From Firmicutes bacterium UBA994 (GTDB lineage: Bacteria; Bacillota; UBA994), in NCBI GenBank assembly GCA_002292025.1, contig DBBC01000108.1, forward strand, positions 1 through 34,617: 34,617 bases of DNA. The letters are read 5' to 3'. Position numbers and translations under genes: made by a program. The notes under the pieces are model-generated. The model saw only the letters and a program-made list of their open reading frames with translations. It was not told the origin of the DNA and ran no database searches. Below, one piece after another: positions 17,844-24,930 of this stretch (positions are counted from its first letter, which is position 1; each line of letters begins with the position of its first letter).

Positions 17844-19310
17844 TTATCTCACGAAAAGAAGCGCGGTTTGTTGTACAAGCGGTACCATAAGCGAAGGAAA
17901 CAACCCAAAGAAGAACACCATCAAAGCAAGAACTAGGATGGGCGCAAGCATCGCCAAACGTGGCTCTACGGCTTCCTTCTCGCTGTCTTTACCAAAGAAG
18001 GCAGAGATGATGATGGGAAAGTAGTAGGCCGCGTTGAGCAGGCTGCTGACCAGAATAAGCACCGCAAAGACAAGCATATCGGCATCAAGTGCCCCTAGCG
18101 CGATGTATAACTTAGAGATAAAGCCCGCCGTCCCGGGAATACCTACCATAGACATAGCGCCGACAGTAAACGCCGCGAAAGTGAGCGGCATCTTGCGCCC
18201 GAGACCATTAAACTGCGACAGCTTCTTGATACCGGTCTGGTGGATAATTACGCCTGCGGCTAAGAACAACAAAGACTTCATTACGGCATGATTTAGAATA
18301 TGAAGAACTCCGCCTTCGATGGCGCGCGGGCTGAATAGGCCGAACCCCAAGAAGATATAACCCACCTGCGTGACTGTGGAAAACGCCAGCAAACGCTTGG
18401 CATTGTCTTGTACCATGGCAAAGACTGAGCCAACCATCAGCGCTCCTGTCGACAGTGCCAAGAAGAGATGCCGTATCGGTAAGAGCGCAAAGATCTCCAG
18501 CCCCAACGCTAGGTACGCGATTCTCATCAGGGCAATAATATAAACCTTAACAACTAGGCCGCTGAGGAGCGCGCTGGAAGCTGTCGGGGCATTAGAGTGC
18601 GCGTCCGGCAGCCACACGTGCATAGGGAAAAGCGCTGCCTTAACGCCAAAGCCTACAACCATTAAGCCTATCGATGTCAAGAGGTTTAAGGGATACTGCT
18701 CTGCGGTCACGATAAGTGTTGTGCGAATATATTCCATGTTAAGGTGTCCGGTGATCATAAATATTAGGGCTATACTGAACAGAACTCCACCTGAACCTAA
18801 CGCGCTCAGGACAAGGTAGCGAAAGCTCGCTTCCACGCTTTCTTTCGTACCTTTGATGGCAATGATGGCGATGGCGGCCAGCGAGCTAATCTCGATAAAC
18901 ACAAAAAGATTAAACAAGTCCCCGGCCATTACCATGCCTTGCATCGCGGCCGTTAACAGCAAGATAAGTGTAAAGTAGACGCCGTTATGCCTCACTTCGC
19001 GCGGACCGTAGACCGCAAACCAGGAGATAATCAAAGCGACCATAGCCAACACTAGCGAGGAGTAGGCCGCGAAAACGTCAACCAACACCACTATACCATA
19101 CGGAGCCGCCCACCCGCCTACAGGATAGTGAAGTGTGCCTTCCGCTAACACGCGCATTGTCATGCTAAGAGACATGATAAAAGCCGCCGCTCCTGCACCT
19201 AGGAAAACCGCGTTGACCACTCCCTGGCGTTTGCCCAGAAGCGGAATAATAAAAGCAGCTAAGAGCAACACCACTACTATAAGAACGGGCGCATGTCCAA
19301 GATTAAGCAT
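17844..19310 (-). CDS. Mrp antiporter-like subunit D (NuoM/N family)
   Basis: 488 aa. FIEISSLAAI, GVKAALFPMHVWLPDAHSNAPTASSALLSGLVVK, HILNHAVMKSLLF. Confidence 0.85.
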   Translation of the reverse strand: MLNLGHAPVLIVVVLLLAAFIIPLLGKRQGVVNAVFLGAGAAAFIMSLSMTMRVLAEGTLHYPVGGWAAPYGIVVLVDVFAAYSSLVLAMVALIISWFAVYGPREVRHNGVYFTLILLLTAAMQGMVMAGDLFNLFVFIEISSLAAIAIIAIKGTKESVEASFRYLVLSALGSGGVLFSIALIFMITGHLNMEYIRTTLIVTAEQYPLNLLTSIGLMVVGFGVKAALFPMHVWLPDAHSNAPTASSALLSGLVVKVYIIALMRIAYLALGLEIFALLPIRHLFLALSTGALMVGSVFAMVQDNAKRLLAFSTVTQVGYIFLGFGLFSPRAIEGGVLHILNHAVMKSLLFLAAGVIIHQTGIKKLSQFNGLGRKMPLTFAAFTVGAMSMVGIPGTAGFISKLYIALGALDADMLVFAVLILVSSLLNAAYYFPIIISAFFGKDSEKEAVEPRLAMLAPILVLALMVFFFGLFPSLMVPLVQQTALLFVR

Positions 19311-19674
19311 GTCGTTTACTCCTCAAGGCGATGATCTTATCCGCGTCAAGCGTGCCGTACTGCTTGTGCAAGAGCACGACCAGTGCCAAGGCAAACGCGG
19401 TGAAGCTTACAGAGATAACTATGCCTGTCAGGATAAGCGCGGAGGGAACAGGGTTGACGTATTGCATGACACCCTCCCTGAGGATAGGCGCCTGGCCGCC
19501 GTGTATATACCCAATGGCGACGAAGAACAAGAACAGGGACGTATCCATAATGTTCATGCCCATTATCTTCTTGAGCAGATTGTTGTGCGTAAGCATGGTA
19601 TGAAAGCCAATAATAAAAAGAATTACTGCAACTAAATAATATATGTTCATGTACAGGCGCTCAATGATGACCAT
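19303..19674 (-). CDS. Mrp subunit C (MnhC/NuoK-like)
   Basis: 123 aa, 3 TM. NPVPSALILTGIVISVSFTAFALAL motif. Overlaps both neighbours. Confidence 0.8.
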   Translation of the reverse strand: MVIIERLYMNIYYLVAVILFIIGFHTMLTHNNLLKKIMGMNIMDTSLFLFFVAIGYIHGGQAPILREGVMQYVNPVPSALILTGIVISVSFTAFALALVVLLHKQYGTLDADKIIALRSKRHA

Positions 19675-20116
19675 CCGGTTCCGCGCCTCCTTCCAATAGC
19701 TCTTGGAACAGCTTAAGCACGGTGCCCGCCACCTTAGCGCCTATGCCTAGCGTCACCAGCAGAATCATGCCGCTACTCCACAATCGCCCAGGCTCTCCAG
19801 TCGGAAACACACCCTGATTCGTGAGGAAATGCCGTCCGAAGACAATGCCTACTAAACCTGCCATCACATATACCAGCACACCGCCAACCTCCAGCCAGAG
19901 GGACGTTTCGTGCTTAAGGCGGTGTTTCTGTGCGGTAAACCTATATACGAGGCTGTACAAGATAAAGCTTGCGCCGATAATCGTCCCACCGGAAAAGCCC
20001 CCACCAGGGGACAAGTGGCCGTGAAAGAGAATATAGGCCCCAAAGAGCTGCGTCGCGGGGATAAGAATGCGGCTAAGCATCTCAAGAATCATGTCATTCA
20101 TGTTCATAGCCTCCAT
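19661..20116 (-). CDS. Mrp subunit B (MnhB domain)
   Basis: LFHGHLSPGGGFSGGTI motif characteristic of MnhB. The start is ambiguous (several ATGs at 20092-20116). Confidence 0.8.
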   Translation of the reverse strand: MEAMNMNDMILEMLSRILIPATQLFGAYILFHGHLSPGGGFSGGTIIGASFILYSLVYRFTAQKHRLKHETSLWLEVGGVLVYVMAGLVGIVFGRHFLTNQGVFPTGEPGRLWSSGMILLVTLGIGAKVAGTVLKLFQELLEGGAEPDGHH

Positions 20117-20375
20117 AGAACGCCGCCGTCACAGCAATGACGGCTACAAACAACACCGTGGCCTCACCTAAGGTGTCATAAGCGCGGTAGTCGATGATAA
20201 TTGCGGCAATGGTGTTAATGGCCCCGGTGTCACGAGCGCTATCCCGCAAATACTTTTGCATGACCCCTTGGTGCGCCGGAGCTGTCACATCCCCATACAA
20301 GGGCATCTCTGCGACCATTAACACCAAGAGCACTCCAATCCCAAGTAGCACCATAAGCGTCAATGTTTTCCTCAT
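20094..20375 (-). CDS. small MnhB-related membrane protein (MbhE-like; corresponds to part of MrpA C-terminus)
   Basis: 93 aa. IIIDYRAYDTLGEATVLF motif (the DYRG.DTLGE signature of the MnhB-related family). Confidence 0.65.
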   Translation of the reverse strand: MRKTLTLMVLLGIGVLLVLMVAEMPLYGDVTAPAHQGVMQKYLRDSARDTGAINTIAAIIIDYRAYDTLGEATVLFVAVIAVTAAFYGGYEHE

Positions 20376-20614
20376 TCTTCATGCCTTCCCGTGCGGCTGA
20401 TGGCGGCAAGAAACAAGAGCGAGGTAGCTCCGGCACCAATAGCGGCCTCGGTAATGGCCACGTCGGGGGAGTGTAGCTGTTGCCAGATGATAGACATGAC
20501 CATGCTATAGGCGCCGAAAATAACAGTCGCACTGAGTAAATCCTTGGTGCGAGCTACGACTACAGCACAAACCACCAAAAACAATAACAAGAGGACATTA
20601 ATTGCCGCTAGCAT
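20372..20614 (-). CDS. DUF4040-type membrane protein (MbhD-like; MrpA C-terminal domain homologue)
   Basis: 80 aa, 3 TM. SATVIFGAYSMVMSIIWQQLHSPDVAITEAAIGAG resembles DUF4040. Confidence 0.6.
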   Translation of the reverse strand: MLAAINVLLLLFLVVCAVVVARTKDLLSATVIFGAYSMVMSIIWQQLHSPDVAITEAAIGAGATSLLFLAAISRTGRHEE

Positions 20615-20906
20615 GTTTGTGACCCTCTCGCGTACGATAGACGGCTCTGGCCATATAATGAGCAGCGGCGGGCGTGGTAACCCATAAAAAGATAATCAAT
20701 AAGATGACCTTGAGCACAAGGTACATACTTCCACCCTCGAAAAAGGTCAAGCCTACTAGGACCAACCCCGCGCCTAAGGTGTCGCACTTGGTCGTGGCGT
20801 GCATGCGGGTGAGCGCGTCTGGGAAGCGCAATAAGCCAACGGTACCCGCGGTAAAGAAGAATATCCCCCCCACTAGGAACGCAGTGCCGATTACAGAGGC
20901 CAGCAT
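20598..20906 (-). CDS. Mrp subunit G (MnhG)
   Basis: GTVGLLRFPDALTRMHATTKCDTLGAGL is the MnhG/PhaG signature. Confidence 0.85.
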   Translation of the reverse strand: MLASVIGTAFLVGGIFFFTAGTVGLLRFPDALTRMHATTKCDTLGAGLVLVGLTFFEGGSMYLVLKVILLIIFLWVTTPAAAHYMARAVYRTREGHKHASGN

Positions 20907-20919
20907 CTATACATCCCCC

Positions 20920-21189
20920 TCATACCATTGTTCCTCTCTCAATATAGCGCGCCACGCCAATGGTCAATAAAAAGCTAATGAGTGAGTACACCATCGCCAC
21001 ATCTAAGTAGTACGGGACCTCCTGAAAGATGTAGCCGATCAGCATCAGCACGACTACAGTCTTTGTGCCGATAACGTTAATGGCCACTACCCTGTCCGCT
21101 GGCGTGGGCCCCACTATCGCCCGGTACAAAGACGCAAACGTCAAGAGCATCAACCACAAACATGTAACTAAGAGCGCCGTCAGTTCCAT
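20920..21189 (-). CDS. Mrp subunit F (MnhF)
   Basis: 89 aa, 3 TM. LYRAIVGPTPADRVVAINVIGTK motif. Confidence 0.75.
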   Translation of the reverse strand: MELTALLVTCLWLMLLTFASLYRAIVGPTPADRVVAINVIGTKTVVVLMLIGYIFQEVPYYLDVAMVYSLISFLLTIGVARYIERGTMV

Positions 21190-21701
21190 TAGTGTCGCCT
21201 CTCAATCTCTACTAACAGGTTCTCGATATGCCAATCCCTAAGTCCTGCCGCGGCACCATCCATAAGCGCATGCACGATAAACTCTCCTTGCACCGGCGCC
21301 TCTACTGAGATAGTGCCGGGCGTCAGCGTAATGCTGTTAGCTAAAAAGACGCGCATCATCGGCTCTTTAAGCTTACTCTCGTGCGCAACGAACTGCGGGT
21401 TTAAGGCTATGCGGCGGGCAAATGCCAGCTCAGCCACCTGTACCGAAGCCTTAAACACGTCAATGATTAAGTATCCGGCATACGTCAGCCACGCGGAGAG
21501 GTTGCCGCGGTTGATATGCAAGTCATTGGCAAAGCTGAGTAACAAGTCACGATTGACATAGGTCACTAAAGCGGCCACTAACCAGCCCGTAATCAGCGAC
21601 TGGATGTCAGCGCTTTGTGCGAACAGCATCCAGAGCACGAACAAGGCCAGAGTCCAACCAATCAGGCGCATATAACGGGACATCGCTTTCTCCCCCCACA
21701 A
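21189..21701 (-). CDS. Mrp subunit E (MnhE)
   Basis: 170 aa. Two N-terminal TMs and the ITLTPGTISVE...IVHAL motif. The real start is possibly ATG 21683 (GGGGAGAAAGCG upstream). Confidence 0.75.
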   Translation of the reverse strand: MWGEKAMSRYMRLIGWTLALFVLWMLFAQSADIQSLITGWLVAALVTYVNRDLLLSFANDLHINRGNLSAWLTYAGYLIIDVFKASVQVAELAFARRIALNPQFVAHESKLKEPMMRVFLANSITLTPGTISVEAPVQGEFIVHALMDGAAAGLRDWHIENLLVEIERRH

Positions 21702-21764
21702 AGATAAGAGCTACCACCAGCATGACGGCAGCCCCTATTAATCACTCTGTTCTCGCACAAAGCC

Positions 21765-22610
21765 TCACTTGCTTGGCGCCTTCTCCAAGGCATCGATCAC
21801 CGCTTGCACAAAGCCTTCACTGGAACCGGTGGCGCCCGATACTACATCAACTTCAGGGTCCTGTTCTGCTATTACCGCCTGCGCCAGAGCCGCAAAGGCC
21901 GCATTCGCGTATTCCGGCGTGTCTTGGTGGGCCACGACCCGCACGCTCTCCACTCGGCCCCCCCTGACGGTGACTGATACGCGAATAGGGCCTAGTAACC
22001 CGACCCCTTGACCTAGATACTCGCCATCCGGAATCGAGGCGAGGTCACGCGTAAATCGGTCTACAGGAATAGGGGCCGCTTCGCCCAGTACATGCTGCTG
22101 AAATAAGGCCAATGCCTCCCTGACCCCGGCCGTAACACCGCGCGTTGAAAGCGTTGCATTAGTGATCACGTCCACATCCACGCCCACAACGAGCTGGTCG
22201 CGAGCGGTTTTACCCGTAAACTGCCGCAAAAACGCGGGTGCTTCCACCTTGTCGCCAATGCCCGGTGTCTCGCGGTGTGCGGTTATGCGTATGCCTGCCG
22301 CCGCACCCGACGCATCCACCGCGACCAACAAGCTAATCGGGCCGGCATAGCCGCTGCCTGCACTTTGCATTATCGCCCCGATAAGCTTACCGTCCCTAGT
22401 GGCGAGAAAGTAGGTGACATCATCACGTATGGTTTCCTCGAACTTGTCCGCCGCAGGCAAAAGCTCACCCAACGCGCGCTGCAATTCTGCTTGTTTTCTC
22501 TCCGAGATCACTTCGCTGGTAACGGAGTAGGTCGCGGCTAACGCCGCCCCCGCTATGGAGCAGATGAGCGCGAGCGTCACGCTAAGCCTGAATACATCTT
22601 TCACGTACAA
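21765..22610 (-). CDS. membrane-anchored protein with two FMN-binding (FMN_bind) domains; N-terminal half RnfG/NqrC-like
   Basis: N-terminal TM (LSVTLALICSIAGAALAA). RnfG-like core SGYAGPISLLVAVD...ITAHRETPGIGDKV. Flavinylation-type motifs DVITNATLS (22152-22163 = TNAT) and DVVSGATGSS (21828-21839 = SGAT). TTG 22610 or GTG 22604 start. Confidence 0.75.
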   Translation of the reverse strand: MYVKDVFRLSVTLALICSIAGAALAATYSVTSEVISERKQAELQRALGELLPAADKFEETIRDDVTYFLATRDGKLIGAIMQSAGSGYAGPISLLVAVDASGAAAGIRITAHRETPGIGDKVEAPAFLRQFTGKTARDQLVVGVDVDVITNATLSTRGVTAGVREALALFQQHVLGEAAPIPVDRFTRDLASIPDGEYLGQGVGLLGPIRVSVTVRGGRVESVRVVAHQDTPEYANAAFAALAQAVIAEQDPEVDVVSGATGSSEGFVQAVIDALEKAPSK

Positions 22611-22646
22611 TCCCTGCCTCGGTGATAGATTATTATTTCCTCGCTT

Positions 22647-22674
22647 ATTCTAGCACATAGCAGTCCCTTAACAA
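22647..22674 (-). promoter_or_regulatory. candidate promoter of the FMN-binding/Mrp operon (-35 TTGTTA, 16 nt, extended -10 TGCTAGAAT)
   Basis: Minus-strand read: TTGTTA (22669-22674) and TAGAAT (22647-22652), preceded by TGC. Lies ~40 nt upstream of the first gene. Confidence 0.5.
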
Positions 22675-22784
22675 AGAGGGAAGCGTCCCCGCCGGTAAAG
22701 TGCAGCAAACCCTCGCGCTGTGTGCTCCAAAGTAACCACGCCCTGCGGCAGCGACGAGATGGTCAATGAAGAATAAGTGCGCCG

Positions 22785-23459
22785 TCAAATGCTGCGAAAA
22801 ATAAGGTATAGCCCTACCCCAACAAACAATAGCCCGGCGACATATGCGCCAAAGTCCCAGTACCTGCTGAAGCCGCGCCAAGCTCGCAGCGCCCCTACCG
22901 CACCGCCCATAAGCAGCAAAGGCAGCCCCTGCCCTAAGCCAAAAGCAAACAACAGCAGTCCCCCTGCGTAAACTTGCCTAGAGGTCGCCGCGACACTGAC
23001 TATAATGCCAAGCACCGGACTCACGCAGGGCGAGGCCGCCAGCCCAAATGCCAGCCCCACCAAAAAGGCCCCAAGGAAACCGTGTGCTCGCACGGGCATC
23101 TTAGTTATGCTCTTAAAGGGCAGTTGTACCAACTGCATTAAGCTAAGTCCCATCAGCAGCAACACTGCCCCGAGCAGCATGGGGGCTACACTAGAAGTGA
23201 TGCCGATTATGCCGCCTAGAAGTGCCGCCGCCAGCCCCAGCGCAGTAAACGCTGTAGAAAGCCCAAGTACTAGGCTCAGCACTAGCAGTAAGCTGCGCCG
23301 CGTTTTAATGCCGCCACTGACGCCCACATACCCTAAAACTATAGGCATCATGGCGATAATGCAAGGGGATAGACTGGTCAGCACACCGGCGCCAAATGAA
23401 GCCAGCACTGCGAGGCCAAGGTTTCCGACCAGTATGCTCTGTAGCGTTTCCATCGTCAT
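22785..23459 (-). CDS. ccdA: cytochrome c biogenesis / thiol-disulfide electron transporter CcdA (DsbD-core family)
   Basis: 224 aa, 6 TM. The two conserved membrane Cys motifs LSPCIIAMMP and ASPCVSPVLG. The ATG overlaps the upstream stop (ATGA). Confidence 0.85.
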   Translation of the reverse strand: MTMETLQSILVGNLGLAVLASFGAGVLTSLSPCIIAMMPIVLGYVGVSGGIKTRRSLLLVLSLVLGLSTAFTALGLAAALLGGIIGITSSVAPMLLGAVLLLMGLSLMQLVQLPFKSITKMPVRAHGFLGAFLVGLAFGLAASPCVSPVLGIIVSVAATSRQVYAGGLLLFAFGLGQGLPLLLMGGAVGALRAWRGFSRYWDFGAYVAGLLFVGVGLYLIFRSI

Positions 23460-23869
23460 CGTGGATTTATCCCCGCAGCAATAAACCGCCGCAGTTCCTC
23501 CTTAGACATGGCCCCCACCTCATGCCGCTCACGCCCATTGGCAGTGACCACAACAAAATGGGGGATAGACCGAAGATTAAAGCGACGCCCAAGTTCTGTG
23601 GCTTGGTCTGACTTAATGTCCGCGACAATAAAGGTGACTTGTGTGCCGAACTCGGCCTTAAGCTCCCGCACCGCGGGATATATTACTACGCAGGAGCGTC
23701 ACGTATCGGAGGTGAACATGACAAAGACCGGGCTCTGCTGTGCCCGAGCTTGCTCAAAAGCTGTGAGCGGCGCGAGAGACTTAAGGTCATCTCCACCGCT
23801 CGGTCTGGCAAGGACCCAAGCCACAACACCCACGAGCAAGATTAGTAGTAGAGATACGCTACGCTTCAT
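23456..23869 (-). CDS. signal-anchored thioredoxin-fold protein with in-frame TGA (23699-23701) at the first active-site position (U-R-S-C); predicted selenoprotein (alternative: nonsense pseudogene)
   Basis: ATG 23869 has GGAGG 8 nt upstream. Translation: MKRSVSLLLILLVGVVAWVLA...SPVFVMFTSDT-TGA-RSCVVIYPAVRELKAEFGTQVTFIVADIKSD...IPHFVVV. This is one frame, 138 codons. The track shows only the C-terminal 71 aa. Confidence 0.65.
23662..23698 (-). promoter_or_regulatory. candidate bacterial SECIS hairpin immediately 3' of the UGA
   Basis: mRNA GCUCCUGC (23697-23690) can pair with GCGGGAGC (23669-23662): 8 bp, 1 G-U. A mutually exclusive apical hairpin CCCGC-GGU-GCGGG lies at 23677-23665, with a GGU loop ~27-29 nt after the UGA. 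Confidence 0.45.
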
Positions 23870-24851
23870 CTTCGTTGCCTCCCCAAGTATCCGCCAAAAT
23901 ACTTTGCTCTAAACGTTTATCCCAAGCCGACCAGCGCTCACCCAAAGAAATTGTATCGACAATAATCTTCTCGACTTGAGCTAACCTGCTGCTCGTATAG
24001 TCGGCAAGATGCAGCGCCACCGCATTAGCTGTTTTTGGTTCCTCAGGCGACCCCCACTCGCGTTGGCCATGATGACTAAGGACAAGGTGTTTCAGCTCAT
24101 CGCCTAAGGCAGGCGGGAATGCTGGCAGGCGCTCGGTCAGACTGCCAACAAGCTCCGCACCCAGCACCACGTGACCGATGAGTTTGCCTCTATCCGTAAT
24201 ATCAAAACCAAAAGCTCGCGGCTCGTACTCCTCCGTCTTGGCCGCGTCGTGCAAGATAGCCCCCACGATCAGCAAGTCGCGGTTAAGACGCGCGCCCTGC
24301 ACTTGCACCATGCTCTCGACGTAAGCTATGACTTCCAAGGTGTGCATAAGGAGCCCACCTACATGAGCGTGGTGTACGTCGCGACCGGCAGGCGCCTGCT
24401 GATAGGCGTGCTTTACCCCGGGCGAAGAAAAGTACAAGGTTAGTAAGTCTCGTAAGCAGGGCGTCTTAATACCAGCCATAACCTCTTCCAGTTCGCGCCA
24501 CATCTCGGCTATAGGGCGCGGGGACGGCGCGGAAAAATCAAGGGCGTCAAAATCGGCAACGTTAGCCCGCGCAACTTCCTCGATGTAGATTTGCTTTTCC
24601 CCGCGATAATCTTGGACTCGTCCTGACACCAGCACGATGTCGTTTTTGCGGTAGGAATTATCGGTAGCCAGCGCCTCGTTCCAAGCCACGGCCGATACTC
24701 TGCCGGTACGGTCGCCAAGGGACAACACCATGCCGCAAGCAGGCACACCGTTTTTATTGTAGTTAATAAGCCGCTTGTCAATGACAAAGAAGTGGCTCTT
24801 TACCTGCGCGCCGACTGTCAGATCTTTGGCGTATGTCTTCTTCAAGTGCAA
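23859..24851 (-). CDS. yhaM: OB-fold + HD-domain 3'-5' exoribonuclease, YhaM-like
   Basis: N-terminal OB fold (GMVLSLGDRTGRVSAVAWNEA). HD motifs HHAHVGGLLMHTLEV and GAILHDAAK. The likely start is TTG 24845 (GAAGGGG 8 nt upstream) rather than TTG 24851. Confidence 0.7.
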   Translation of the reverse strand: MHLKKTYAKDLTVGAQVKSHFFVIDKRLINYNKNGVPACGMVLSLGDRTGRVSAVAWNEALATDNSYRKNDIVLVSGRVQDYRGEKQIYIEEVARANVADFDALDFSAPSPRPIAEMWRELEEVMAGIKTPCLRDLLTLYFSSPGVKHAYQQAPAGRDVHHAHVGGLLMHTLEVIAYVESMVQVQGARLNRDLLIVGAILHDAAKTEEYEPRAFGFDITDRGKLIGHVVLGAELVGSLTERLPAFPPALGDELKHLVLSHHGQREWGSPEEPKTANAVALHLADYTSSRLAQVEKIIVDTISLGERWSAWDKRLEQSILADTWGGNEDEA

Positions 24852-24930
24852 AACCCCTTCACTGGACTAACAACTTTTTATTTTGTAATCGCTTAGGCAT
24901 ACCTGCATGCAAGTAGGTCATCTTTTCTTG

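Noticed and set aside
14222-21701. Mrp/Mbh-ordered cluster considered as a membrane-bound [NiFe] hydrogenase (Mbh/Ech) or complex-I remnant
   Set aside because: No NuoB/MbhJ, NuoD/MbhL, NuoH/MbhM, NuoI/MbhN or NuoC-like ORFs are present in or next to the operon. Only antiporter-module subunits are encoded.
22675-22784. Possible intrinsic terminator after ccdA (GGGA-CGCT-TCCC followed by TCTTTGTT)
   Set aside because: The stem is only 4 bp, too weak to call. The T-rich tail coincides with the proposed -35 of the next promoter.
23456-23671. 71-aa ORF with a GTG start, listed in the track as an independent gene
   Set aside because: It is the C-terminal two-thirds of a thioredoxin fold with no active site of its own. 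The same frame continues upstream through a single TGA to an ATG with a strong SD, so it is better explained as part of a Sec-containing (or nonsense-interrupted) 137-aa protein.
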